Shown: piece after piece, positions 18,876 through 29,593 of the stretch | Numbering within the stretch: the stretch's first letter is position 1 | How the letters are laid out: every line of letters begins with the position of its first letter | NCBI GenBank assembly: GCA_963786095.1 | Contig: CAWAXV010000038.1 | Span: 32,982-96,981, forward strand | Direction: 5' to 3' | DNA length: 64,000 nt | Source: an uncultured Acidobacteriaceae bacterium | Lineage (GTDB): Bacteria; Acidobacteriota; Terriglobia; Terriglobales; Acidobacteriaceae | Notes under the pieces: model-generated | Databases searched by the model: none | What the model saw: only the letters and a program-made list of their open reading frames with translations | Told to the model about the DNA's origin: nothing | Program-made: the position numbers and the translations under genes

Positions 18876-19523
18876 TGGATTCCTCCTGAGATCAAAGATT
18901 TCTCGCACAACGCCCCCCGCTGTCAGTGCTCGATACGACTTGCTCCCTTTTAAGGACTGTGCTTCTGGACGTCGAGCATGGAAGCGGAATGCCTGAGAGT
19001 GCTTTTCAATTGCAACGACCTCGAACCCCGCCGCCTCGAGTCGTGCGCCAAACCGATCTGGATCAACTGGCACAAGAGTGTCACCGATATGGATGAGTCG
19101 CATTAGCCAGCCCTGCAGACTGTCGCTGCCCACGAAACTTCCTCCAGGCCGAATCACGCGCCACACTTCACGCAGCAGCCTGTCTTGCAGTTCGGGCGAG
19201 GGCACATGGTGCAGCATGGTGAACGAAACCACTCCTGAAAAACACCGGTCCGAAAACGCCATGGCAGTTGCGTCGCCCGCGACCACGTCGACATTGCTGT
19301 CACAAAGACGCGAACTCAGCGAACGCGCCAAACTCGGGTCGAGTTCAACGGCCGTTACATGCTCGACCCTTAATCGCAACAGATCTGTGGTGAGTCCAGG
19401 TCCAGGTCCGAGTTCGAGCACGTTCGGACCCAGGTCCGCTCCGCCAAGCATCCACGGCATCCGCTGGCGGATGGTTTCCCGCCATCGGGCAGAACGGCAC
19501 AACCAATGATGCAAGTGGTTCAC
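18876..19523 (-). CDS. Class I SAM-dependent methyltransferase (no stop codon before the next gene in the present sequence)
   Basis: Motif I VLELGPGPGLTT, then DVVAGDATAMAF and IRPGGSFVGSD. The ORF reads straight into the downstream gene, so the track shows a single 403-aa ORF (18312-19523). Confidence 0.75.
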
Positions 19524-19611
19524 ATTTTCCTCAGTCGAATGGGCTCACTGTCGAAACTAAAGATAGGTTAGCGCTTGGCGGCTTTGCGTACTTCGGATAT
19601 AGTGCCAATGA

Positions 19612-20406
19612 ATGTCGCAAAAGCGGCAGCTTGCGATTCCGGTTCGTTTACGCGATCGCCACTCCCAAATCACGACCCTCACTCGGGACTACCCGGCCGG
19701 ACATGCGATCCCATTGCATTTTCACGATCGCGACCAACTGGTCTATGCGTCCCGCGGAGTCATGACCGTACGCACCGGAGACGGTGCCTGGGTGGTTCCC
19801 ACCCATCGTGCGGTATGGATTCCCGCGGCGGTTCCCCATTCCATTACGATGTCGGGGGTTGTGGCGATGCGCACGCTCTACCTGAAGCCGCGCCTGGCCA
19901 GATCTCTCCCCCGAAGTTGCCGGGTAGTCAACGTGCCATTCCTGCTGAGGGACCTTATCCTGCATGCATGCACTTTCCCCGCTTTGAACAAGGCGATCAA
20001 GAGACATCGTCATGTCATCGATCTCATTGTTGATCAGTTGGAGACAATCGAAATGGTGTCACTGCGATTGCCGAATCCGACTGATCCAAGAGCGCAGCGA
20101 ATCGCTGAAGTCCTCTTCGCCGACCCGAGCGACCGGCGGACACTCAAGCATTTCTGCAGGATCGCCGGCGCCAGCAAGCGGACCCTCGAGAGGCTTTTCC
20201 TGGACGACGTGGGGATGACGTTCGGGAAATGGCGACAGCAACTTCGCCTAATGCAGGCAATGCGGTTCCTGGCGGAAGGCGCGAAGGTCACGCACGCCGC
20301 GCTCGAAGCCGGCTACAGTACACCGAGTGCCTTCATTTCGATGTTCAGGAAAACGTTGGGAACCACTCCGGCTCGATACTTTCGAACCGAACTGGAGGGC
20401 AAATAG
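19612..20406 (+). CDS. AraC family transcriptional regulator (cupin sensor + HTH)
   Basis: N-terminal cupin (HAIPLHFHDRDQLVYASRGVMTV). C-terminal AraC HTH (TLKHFCRIAGASKRTLERLF...THAALEAGYSTPSAFISMFRKTLGTTPARY). Confidence 0.9.
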   Translation: MSQKRQLAIPVRLRDRHSQITTLTRDYPAGHAIPLHFHDRDQLVYASRGVMTVRTGDGAWVVPTHRAVWIPAAVPHSITMSGVVAMRTLYLKPRLARSLPRSCRVVNVPFLLRDLILHACTFPALNKAIKRHRHVIDLIVDQLETIEMVSLRLPNPTDPRAQRIAEVLFADPSDRRTLKHFCRIAGASKRTLERLFLDDVGMTFGKWRQQLRLMQAMRFLAEGAKVTHAALEAGYSTPSAFISMFRKTLGTTPARYFRTELEGK

Positions 20407-20475
20407 AGAGTTATTCGAGAGCTGCGGTGATCGGTAGGATAAGAGAATCGAATATCGGGCTACAGTCTGAAAGTG

Positions 20476-21252
20476 TCACTGATTGACGCCGCTGGCCAGA
20501 ATACCTCCGTCCACAACCAGCAAGTGCCCGGTCACAAAGCTGGCTGCATCGGAAGCCAGGAATACTGTTGCTCCAGCCAATTCATCGAGTTGCCCGAAGC
20601 GACGCATCGGCGTCCGCATCAGAAATTCCCGCCCGCGGTCGGTCCCATCGAGCAAGTTAGCATTCATATCGGTGCGCAAAACACCCGGAACCAGTGCGTT
20701 AACACACACTCCGAACCTGGCCCATTCAACGGCAAGCGCCTTGGTCAGAGAAGCAACTGCTCCTTTGCTGGCACTGTAGGCCGCAACCTCATAAAGGCCG
20801 ACAAAGGACGATAGAGACCCAATGTTGATGATCCGGCCATAGCCCTTCTGGATCATGTGCCGCCCAAATACGCGGCAGGCGCGAAAAGTACCGGTCAAGT
20901 TGGTTTCAAGGATGGCATCCCAGTCCACATCCGGAACGTCAAGGCTAGGCGTTCGTTTGGTGCGACCAGCGCAGTTCACCAGGATCTCGACGCTTCCGAA
21001 AGCGTTACAAACTACTTCCAGGAAATTCTCGAGGCTGGAATTGTCGGTGACATCGCAGGTCGCAGCAAGCGATCGGCGTCCCAGCGCCTCCACCGCAGAC
21101 ACGGCGGCCCGCACTGGTGCCTCTCGACGCCCCGTAGGAACCACGTTCGCTCCAGCCAGCGCCAGCCCTCGGCTGAGGGCCAAGCCAATGCCGCTGGCTC
21201 CTCCGATTACGACAGCAGTCTTGTCCTTCAGTTCAAGAAGAGGATGTCCCAT
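20476..21252 (-). CDS. SDR family oxidoreductase (KduD / gluconate-5-dehydrogenase-like)
   Basis: TAVVIGGASGIGLA glycine motif, the YSASK catalytic motif, and a 258-aa classical SDR length. Confidence 0.85.
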   Translation of the reverse strand: MGHPLLELKDKTAVVIGGASGIGLALSRGLALAGANVVPTGRREAPVRAAVSAVEALGRRSLAATCDVTDNSSLENFLEVVCNAFGSVEILVNCAGRTKRTPSLDVPDVDWDAILETNLTGTFRACRVFGRHMIQKGYGRIINIGSLSSFVGLYEVAAYSASKGAVASLTKALAVEWARFGVCVNALVPGVLRTDMNANLLDGTDRGREFLMRTPMRRFGQLDELAGATVFLASDAASFVTGHLLVVDGGILASGVNQ

Positions 21253-21325
21253 GAAAGTGTCGCTTCAAATTCCTTCCGTAGTTGCCCGCGATTGCGGGAG
21301 AATTACAACTATTTGGAGTCAAAAC

Positions 21326-23688
21326 TCAAATTCGTGCAATGCGAAGACGCAGATTCCCGAGATGCGGTTTCTCCAGTCGCAGCACGCCCTGACTGTTGGT
21401 CCGCACGCGGAGCATGTCGGCTAGAACGCCCGGCAGCACCGCAGTCGGCGACGACGAAACATTCGGGCCGGTGAAACTAAGCTCGTAGACCGTATTCGGC
21501 AGCAGGCCGGACGCGATCAGCGAATCGCAGGCCAGATCCGGCAACGATACTTCCCCTCCCTGAGACAGCAGTATCCGACGTACTGAACAACACGAAGGGG
21601 CCGGCCTTCCGCAGCGGCACCCAGAAAATTAACTCCGTCGATCAGTTCGTTGCGCTTTTTGCCACGTGGCGCCGAGTATTGCCAATCTCGAAAACGTGCA
21701 GAAAGAAATCCTCCTCGGCGGGGATTGACGGCGACACTTCGATGCGCCACGCACCCGGCACCACGTTTTTGCGGTTCGAAGGAGAAATCTTCGAGAAGTC
21801 GTCGCCCCAAAAAGTCTTCCACATGTGCTGGAGTTTCGGATCCTGCGGCAACGGTCCGCCCTCCTGCGGCTCCAGAGGCCAATTTTCGCCGGTTCCCCAA
21901 GCGCCGCCGTGGTCATCGCCGGGAGTGTAGAAATCATGACCCGGACCGCCGCGGCGAGTGACCGACCGCTCACGCGGCAGTAGAGAATGCACCAGCAACT
22001 CTCCCGAGCCCTCTCGGAAGCGGAAAGTAGAGGCATTCTTGAACTCTTTCGCTTCCGGTGCTCCCTGCCCTGCGTCCTGGTCTACGCTTGGCTCGATTGA
22101 CTCCATGCAGCAGCCATGCCTTTTTGAAAGATGGATTCGTGCTGACGACCCGATCGAAGACGAAGAGCAGATCCTGCGCAGGAGCATAGAGAACTTCGCG
22201 CGTGAATTTCTTCAACTTTTCCCGCGAATATGCGTTGCTTGCATCACCCATTGCGTAGTGGTATTGGCCGGGCACATAATCCACGACTCGCATCGAGCCA
22301 AGATTCCACAGATCGCGAGTACGCTCAAAATCTTCAGGGCTGCGGATCGTGTTCCAGAAGCGGGAGGAGTCCATGCGCTGCCCGCCGTCGTTGGCAGCCG
22401 GCAGAAGATTCTGCGACCAAAAGAATTTTTCCGAGGGATCGTAAACCAATATCGAATTGTGAGCGACCGTGCGCCGGTAATAGTTGAGATAGTGTGGGCT
22501 CTCGCTGTCGGTGTAGTCAGCGCCACTATCGATTGCCAGATAGCCGCCGTGGTAGATGGTGATCTGGTTCTGATCGAGATGCTGATGTTTGGCCAGGTAA
22601 GGCCCGCAATCGAATTCAATCCAGGTCGAGTCCGGCTTCCATCCAGTCGCGCATGACCAGATGTCCTACGCCCGGAAAGTAGTGCTGCCGCGGCAACTCA
22701 GCTCTCGCTGGCCAGCGCTGGATCGCGCGGCGTGACTTCAGGATCGTCCCAAAGGAATTCGAGAACCGGAATGGTCCATTGTTTTGGGAAGAAGCCGCTC
22801 TTGCGCAGGAGCCACGCGCTGTAGGGATCTTTAAAGCGATTGACGGCGTAACCGAGAACGGAGGTGTCGCGCAGATCCAGAATCGGATATTCGTTATCAC
22901 CTTCGCGCGAGGGCGTGCCATCCGGCAGCAGCTTGTACAGGTAGGTGTTTCCAATATTGCGAAACAGGGAGTAGTGGTGCGCGGGATCAACACCGGTCGT
23001 CGTGCGCTGTAATTCAGCGAGCAAGGTCAGGCTGGCCCATGTGATCCGCATGTAGTCCATGGACTCGTGATAGCTGCCCTCGGGAGAGACCACATTCGTG
23101 GTCTCGAGAACGTTGGCCAGGCACTTTGCCACCTGCGCACGCCAGGAATCGCAACGATTCGTTGCAGCCTGCGATAGCCATCGAGTGCGGCGGAGACGAA
23201 TGCGGGTAATGCGAGATAGCGCACGGCGTAGTTGTGGTACGAGTAGTTGCCTGGATCGGCGAAGTCAGGGGTCGCAAGCATCGCCGAAGCCCCCTCCATC
23301 AACTCATCCGCAATCCGATTCTGTAAAGCAGGCTCGAAGCCGGGATATCCAGAAAGCCAATCGAACGCCAGCGACCAGCGGGCATAGTCAACCCAGGAAC
23401 GCGATGGCTTCACGCCCTTTGGTGATGTGGCCCGCGCGCATCGCGGCCAAGGCCTTCTCGGCGAAACTCTCTTGCCGGGTCAGTTGCCACGAAAGAGCCC
23501 ACCCCTCCATATCTTCGGACGGGCGCATTCCGCTCGCGTACCTGGTTCTTAGCAGCGCCAAACCGGTAAAGGCATCGGTATTGGAAATCAGCAGCCGCGG
23601 GCGCTGGGCCGGGACCTGAGTGTTGCTCTTCGACAGCGCGAGAAGAATTGAAGCCGCCCACGCCAGCCATGAAGTCACGCCGCTTCAT
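21326..23688 (-). pseudogene. Tat-signal heparinase II/III family polysaccharide lyase, ~9 frame changes
   Basis: The start is MKRRDFMAGVGG (ATG at 23688). Pieces lie in ORFs 23388-23678, 23027-23413, 23014-23277, 22698-23132, 22616-22993, 21970-22449, 21642-22187, 21517-21900 and 21326-21544. A Hepar_II_III-type motif is present: CGPYLAKHQHLDQNQITIYHGGYLAIDSG. Confidence 0.75.
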
Positions 23689-23861
23689 TCTTGAATGCTC
23701 CTTCGACCGCAAGTTGTGCCCGCTGTGCAGTTCAGGCGGAGAGTGGTTTCCTTTTTACACGTTGACGCAAGTAAACACAAGTAGTCGCAAGCAAAAGTCT
23801 ATCCGCAGATATTTGAGTCGCGGGCAGTGCAGGACCGCGCTGAGTGCTCTGACCCGCTCCT

Positions 23862-23883
23862 AGTCGCTGGTTTTCGAGCGACT
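23862..23883. promoter_or_regulatory. 7-bp inverted repeat in the divergent lyase/regulator intergenic region (candidate operator)
   Basis: AGTCGCT (23862-23868) and AGCGACT (23877-23883) are separated by 8 nt. They lie between the lyase start (23688) and the regulator start (24004). Confidence 0.2.
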
Positions 23884-24003
23884 CGGCGCAGAACTCTCCG
23901 CATTCTCCGTCGCTTTCTTTTATTTTCCTTGAATGGGGTGTATAAAATACGAGAATGCAGAACTCAGAGGAGAGTACTCCTCCTGCGAAGGGATCCTAAC
24001 TTA

Positions 24004-25292
24004 ATGATGACTGCAAGAGACTCACGTCTCCTGGCGGAGCAACGCCGGCGCAAGATCCTCGAACTGATCGAGCAAAAAGGACAGATCACCGTACGCGAAC
24101 TGGTCGAGCGGTTCGCCGTCTCGTCGGTTACGGCACGCGGCGATCTTGGATGCGCTGTGCTCGCAGGGCATGGCGGTTCGATCTCACGGCGGCGCAGTCC
24201 GCAAGTTGGAAGCGAGTTCGGACTCGCCCTCTGACTCAAGAGAGACACAGCGCTATGCCGAGGTGGCTCGTCTCGCAAAAGTCAGCGTGACGGCGGTTTC
24301 GCGCATCGCGAATGGAAGTGCCAAGGTCGCCCCTTCGGTGCAGGCAACGGTTCTGGCGGCTGCTCGAAAACTGGGTGTGACCCTGGCGGCGGGAAAGAGA
24401 AATCGCACGATCACGTTCATACTTGGCAATCGCGATACGGTGAACGAGTTCCAGTCGAAAGTGCTGCTGGGGGCGGAACTGTACTGCGCTCAGCATGATT
24501 GGGACTTGCATTTCATCAGTTTTCGTTGTGACCTGAACGCACCCTTGGGAAGCCTTGCGTCTTCCCGAGGCGCTGATGCGATCGAATCGACCGAGTGGCG
24601 TCATACTCACGGGCACACACTCTGTCAGTATTCTGGCGGCGCTTTCGGAGAGGAAGATTCCGTTCTCTCTCGTGGGAAACAATATTGTCGGCGATTGGCA
24701 GCCGGAACAATACGACTGCGTTTTCACGGACGATGTCCGAGGTTCCGCTGACATCACTCGCTATCTCATCGCTCAAGGTCACCGAAACATCTGGTATATC
24801 GGCAATCAGCGACTTCCCTGGTTCGCGCGTTGTGCCGCGGGCTACCGCCAGGCCATGAAGGAGGCCGACCTCGAACCCCGTTTCAGCGAGATCAGTTCCG
24901 AGGATCGCGAGCTCGGATACCTGGCGGTAAAGGCCCTACTGGCCAGCGGAGAGAGGCCCACCGCGCTTTTTGTAGGCACGGATCAGGCCGCTTCCGGCGT
25001 GTACCAGGCGTTGCAGGAATCTGGAATCCGAATTCCCGATGACATCAGTGTTGCGGGCTTCAATGACACCATCGGCGAAGTGCTGCATCCCGGGCTTACC
25101 ACGGTGCGCGAATTTCCTAAAGAGCTGGGCGGCCATCTGGCCGAATTTGCGCTGCGGCGGATTCACGAACCGGACCTGCCCCCGCAGCAACTCGTGATGC
25201 CGACTGAACTGATTCGCCGGGAAAGCGTGCGGCATGTTTCATCCGGCCATACGTTGCTGACTTCCGTTCACCTTCACGAAAACGTCCTGTGA
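24004..25292 (+). pseudogene. Transcriptional regulator with DeoR-type HTH + LacI-type HTH + LacI/PBP1 sugar-binding domain, 2 frame changes
   Basis: QRRRKILELIEQKGQITVRELVERFAVSSVTARGDL (DeoR HTH) is followed by YAEVARLAKVSVTAVSRIANGSAKV (LacI HTH). The PBP domain follows (ITFILGN..., VGTDQAASGVYQALQESGIRIPDDISVAGFND). Shifts fall near 24145 and 24550, both behaving as one extra base. Confidence 0.75.
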
Positions 25293-25356
25293 GATCCTTC
25301 GCCAAAACGTTTCTTCGCGTCGTGCGAGGCGACGAGGCAGAATACTTCTCTGCTTC

Positions 25357-27379
25357 ATGCTGGTCGTCTGGACAGCCGCAACCGCGTTGGCGGATCGACT
25401 CCGCCGCCGGAGGCGTTCTCGGTATTGCCATTGGCTCCGAGTGGTCCGCAGATCACGCCTTATCTTCAGTATCAAACCGAGCTGGCTTGGCGCGAAGACG
25501 AGAAAGAGGATGAAGGCGTGGGATGGGATTCGCACCGAGCAGGATCTGCTGCGCCTGCAGAAGCAATTGCGGCAAAAGCTTCTGACCATGCTCGGAGGAT
25601 TGCCCACGACAAGAACTCCGCTGCATCCGCACGTCACCGGACGCATTGCGATGGACGGCTTTCACATTGAAAAGCTGATCTTCGAAAGCCTTCCGGGCAT
25701 CTACGTGACGGCGCTTCTGTACGTGCCCGACGACCACAACAGCGGTGAGCATACGAAGCATCCTGCCGTTCTAGTCCCGGCCGGCCATGCAGAAAACGGG
25801 AAGGCACACTATCAGGCGCTTTGTCAGAGACTGGTGCAGCGCGGCTATGTGGTCATCAGCTGGGATCCCGTGGGTCAGGGGGAGCGCAGCCAGTTCTGGG
25901 ATGCGAAGGCAGGCAAGAGCCGCTACAACCGGATCTGCGCGGAGCACGCCGTGCTCGGCAATCTGGCTTATCTCGCAGGCACAAACCTGGCGCGTTGGGA
26001 AATCTGGGATGGCCTACGCGCCTTCGATTACCTGCTGACGCGACCGGAAGTCGATCCCGAACGCATCAATATTACGGGCACCAGCGGAGGCGGCTTTCAA
26101 GCGATGCACATCGCGGCGCTCGAGCCTCGGATCAAGGTAGCCGCCATCTCCTGCTACATCACCTCATTGCCCATGCGAATTCACAACCGCATTTTCAAGG
26201 ACCCGGACAGCGATCCGGAGCAGGACTTGTACGGCATGATATCGAACGGCGTCGACAATGCCGGACTCTTGCTGCTGATGTATCCACGCCCGGTCTTCGT
26301 TGCCGCGGCGACGCTCGATTTCTTTCCCATTGAGGGCACGCATAAGACTTTCCGGGAAGTGTCGAAGCCTGTATAGCCGTTTCGGTCATGCGGATCGCAT
26401 CGCGATGGCGGAGGGTTATCACGGCCATCAGTACTCCGATGAGAATCAGAAGGCGGCATTTGAATTTCTGGATCACTTCAATCGGCTGCCGCAGCGAGAC
26501 ACGCGCTCGCTTCGGCCAAAGATTTGGATGAGAAAGCCGTGCAGTGCACGCGCACCGGCCAGGTGATGCTGGATTTCGAAGATGCAAGGTCGCTGATGGA
26601 TCTGATCCGGGACTACTACACGGAGCACCAAACAAGAGCGGTTCAATCTATCCGGCAACTCTATCTGCGGCAGCAGATTATCCCGGCATTGCAACCTGGA
26701 ACATCAGCGAATATCGACGGCGTCGCCCCGGCCGAGCGCGAGATTGCGTGGGAGAGTGCGGGAAGCTCGACGATTCGAAGACATCTCCATCGATCGCTAC
26801 GTTTTGCGTCACAGTCGCAGCCTTGTGATGCCCCTGTTGCACATCCACCGAACAGCGAACCAGAGTCATCGCTGGTTGCTGTGGTTCAGCAAAGACGGCA
26901 AGGCGGGCGTGAACGATTGGCCCGAGATCGTGAAGTACCTGGATGCAGGCTTCGATATCGTCACATTCGATTTTCGCGGGCTTGGCGAGACGCGAATGCC
27001 CTACAAGGCGGTGTCGGAAGACGATCCCTCTTTTGCGCAGCTCGATTTCGACCACGCCTACGTCAATCCGCTCTCCAGCGTGCTAGCGGATTATGTTTAC
27101 AACTCGCTCTTGACCGGCAGACCCTATTTCTTGCAGATGATCGAGGATGCTGAGATCGCGGTCCGTTTCTCTCGGTTAAAACTGCACGCGGGAGACTTTT
27201 CTGTGGCCAGCGATGAGGAAGGATTCACGCTGGCAAATGCAATTGCAGAAACACTGCCGGCGATCAAACAAATTCCGTACCCCGGCGCGCCGATCATGAA
27301 GTGGTCCGATCTTGTAATTCAGAAGCGCGAACAGTGGCCCATTCAGTATCTGCTGCCGGGCGGGGCATACATTCACTAG
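25357..27379 (+). pseudogene. Large alpha/beta-hydrolase (acetyl-xylan-esterase/peptidase S9-like) protein, >=3 frame changes
   Basis: Nucleophile elbow NITGTSGGGFQAMHIAAL. The protein continues through ORFs 26300-26566, 26524-27153 and 26744-27379 (second hydrolase-like half FDFRGLGETR). Shifts fall near 26360, 26490 and 26760. The true start is uncertain (25357, or MKAWDG near 25509). Confidence 0.65.
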
Positions 27380-27414
27380 CGGCCTGAAAGATGAGACGAT
27401 GCGGTCCGCTGCGG

Positions 27415-28715
27415 CTATATCGGGCGCACCAGCCCCAGTTTCGTCGCCCGCGTGTTGCGAACCAGGAGCAGCACGAGAATCATTCCTACGAACGGCACAA
27501 GTCCCGCCACGATCATGATCGTGTCGAAGGAGTGGGTGGCCAGCGATTGGTTTGCATCGGAGAAGTAACCGACTAATTTGAATGCAATGATGGTCCCGAT
27601 GCCCGGCGCTCATGCCGCTAAGGCCACTGACCGAGGCTACGGAGTCGCTCCGGTAGAGGTCGGAAGGCAACACGTTGGCAATCGTCGAGAACGCGGCATA
27701 GCAAAATGTCGCCAGACGCAAAAAGAACGGTGATCATCGCAAGGTTAACGGTAAGCACTGTCGGTATGAGCAAGGTCACTCCAAACCCACCGAAAACCAC
27801 CAGAGCCTTACGGGCTGCGCCCAGTGTCCAGCCGCGCCGAATCAGATATCCGGACGTCGCTCCCCCGAAGAAATTGCCGAGATCGGCGGCGATGAAGGGA
27901 ATCCAGATTGCGATCAATCCGCTCTTGAGCGGAATTCCTTTCGCCACCAGATAGATCGGAAACCAGTCTGCAATGAAGAACCAAACGGGATCGGTGAACG
28001 ATCTCGCAATAATCACTCCCCACGTCTGCGGAAGCTTCAAAAGATCGACCCACCGGGAACGAGGCCCTTCGAGAAAAGCATCAGGATCGGCCGCATCCGC
28101 GAGAATCATTTGCCGCTCTTCGTCGCTCAGGCGTGGATGATCCTTGGGCAGGTGATACGCGCGACGCCAGACCAGCAGCCAAACGAAACCCAGCATTCCG
28201 GGAATTGCAAACGCCGGACGCCACCCCCAACGGCTGTAGATTGCGAATACGATAAAGGGTGCAACCGCTCCTCCAATCGATGAACCGCTGTCGAACAGTG
28301 CTGTGGCGAGAGCCCGCTCACGCTTCGGGAACCACTCCGAAACAGCTTTCGTCGCACCCGGCCAGTTGGCGGATTCGCCAGCGCCCAGAAGAAATCTGAA
28401 CGTCGCGAAACTGTAGAACCCGCCGGCCAAGGAAGTGGCCATCGACACGATCGAGTACCAGAGCACGGAGAGTGTCAGCCCTCGCCGGGTACCGACGCGA
28501 TCCATCAGCCTTCCGCACACGCTCTGGCCAATCGAGTACGCAATGCGAAAGCCGATGAGCAAATTCGCGTAGTCCGAATTCGTCCAGTGGTAGAGCTGTT
28601 TGAGGTAGGGCGAGAGCAGGGACAGGGTCTGGCGGTCGATGTAGTTGATTACCGTCGACGCAAACAGCAGCGCACCGATCCACCAGCGCAAGTTGCGAAT
28701 GGGCCGCAGGTTCAA
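27415..28715 (-). pseudogene. MFS transporter, hexuronate (ExuT)-like, 2 frame changes near the 3' end
   Basis: [23 protein letters not shown] and ...[22 protein letters not shown] are typical of the ExuT/anion-cation symporter group. The last helices lie in two other frames ([21 protein letters not shown]; IGTIIAFKLVGYFSD...). Shifts fall near 27715 and 27605. Confidence 0.8.
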
Positions 28716-28754
28716 CCCAGTGGACTTGCGCAGATGCAGGCATACTTTGCCGGA

Positions 28755-29527
28755 TTATGGCGCGGTGGAAACTCCCGAACTTAAGAGCGCAGCCGAATCC
28801 GTGTCGAGGTAGATAGTAGCATTTGGGTGGGTCCGCAGAATCGACGCCGGCATCATGGGACTGATCTCCCCTTCAAGGCACGCCTTTACCGCCCGGGCTT
28901 TCCGCGTGTCCGGGACTGACCACGATGATCTCCTTGGAGCGCATGATTTGCCGCACGGACATTGAAATCGCTTTCTTAGGCACATCCGTCAGCTTCGAAA
29001 ACCAACCTTCATTCACCTGCTGCTGACGGCATGCTTCATCGAGATCAACGATGAGGTACGGGTCAGCGACCTGAAAATCCGCGGGCGGATCGTTAAACGC
29101 GAGGTGCCCATTCTCTCCGATTCCGGCAAAGAGAATATCCACTGGTTTCGACTGGAGTTCGGCTCCCAATTTTTGTAACCGACCCTTGTGGATCGCCATC
29201 ACCGTCCAACAGGTGATACCTGGTGATTCCGACTTTGTGAATCAATCTCTCGAAGAGATATTTGCGAAAACTGGCTGGATGGGTAGAAGGCAGGCCAACG
29301 TATTCGTCCAGATGAAAAACCTCGACCCGGCTCCAATCGATGTCGGGCGCGCTGGTCAACGCATCCAGAAATTCAAACTGAGATGCCCCGGTGGCGGCCA
29401 CGAGACGGGCACTTCCCTGATCGCCGAGCGTCCGCCGGAGAGAGCGCGCGGCATGATCGGCTGCTGCCTGGCCTAAAGAGTACTTGTCTGCAAGAATTTC
29501 TATTTTAGATTGCAACACCGGGTTCAT
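28755..29527 (-). pseudogene. Glucosamine-6-phosphate deaminase / 6-phosphogluconolactonase family protein (NagB-like), 2 frame changes
   Basis: ATGASQFEFLDAL...VFHLDEYVGL, then [22 protein letters not shown] in the next frame, then the C-terminus in the third frame. Shifts fall near 29195 and 28935. Confidence 0.8.
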
Positions 29528-29593
29528 TTAGCCTCGTCATTCCCTGGTTCATGTTTCCAAGTGCAACTCGTTGTTGCGTGTGTGATCGCGTTG

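Noticed and set aside
23760-23800. GCAAGT/GCAAGC-AAA motif shared by the lyase upstream region (23765-23797) and the TonB receptor upstream region (40152-40170), as a common regulatory box.
   Set aside because: The matches are short and degenerate with different spacing. I cannot distinguish this from chance without a genome-wide motif search.
25357-25510. Two extra frame changes at the 5' end of the alpha/beta-hydrolase gene (signal-like MLVVWTAATALA, then PQITPYLQYQTELAWREDEK in another frame).
   Set aside because: A simpler model starts the protein at MKAWDG (near 25509) with no shifts. Without homologue alignment the N-terminus cannot be decided, so these were not counted.
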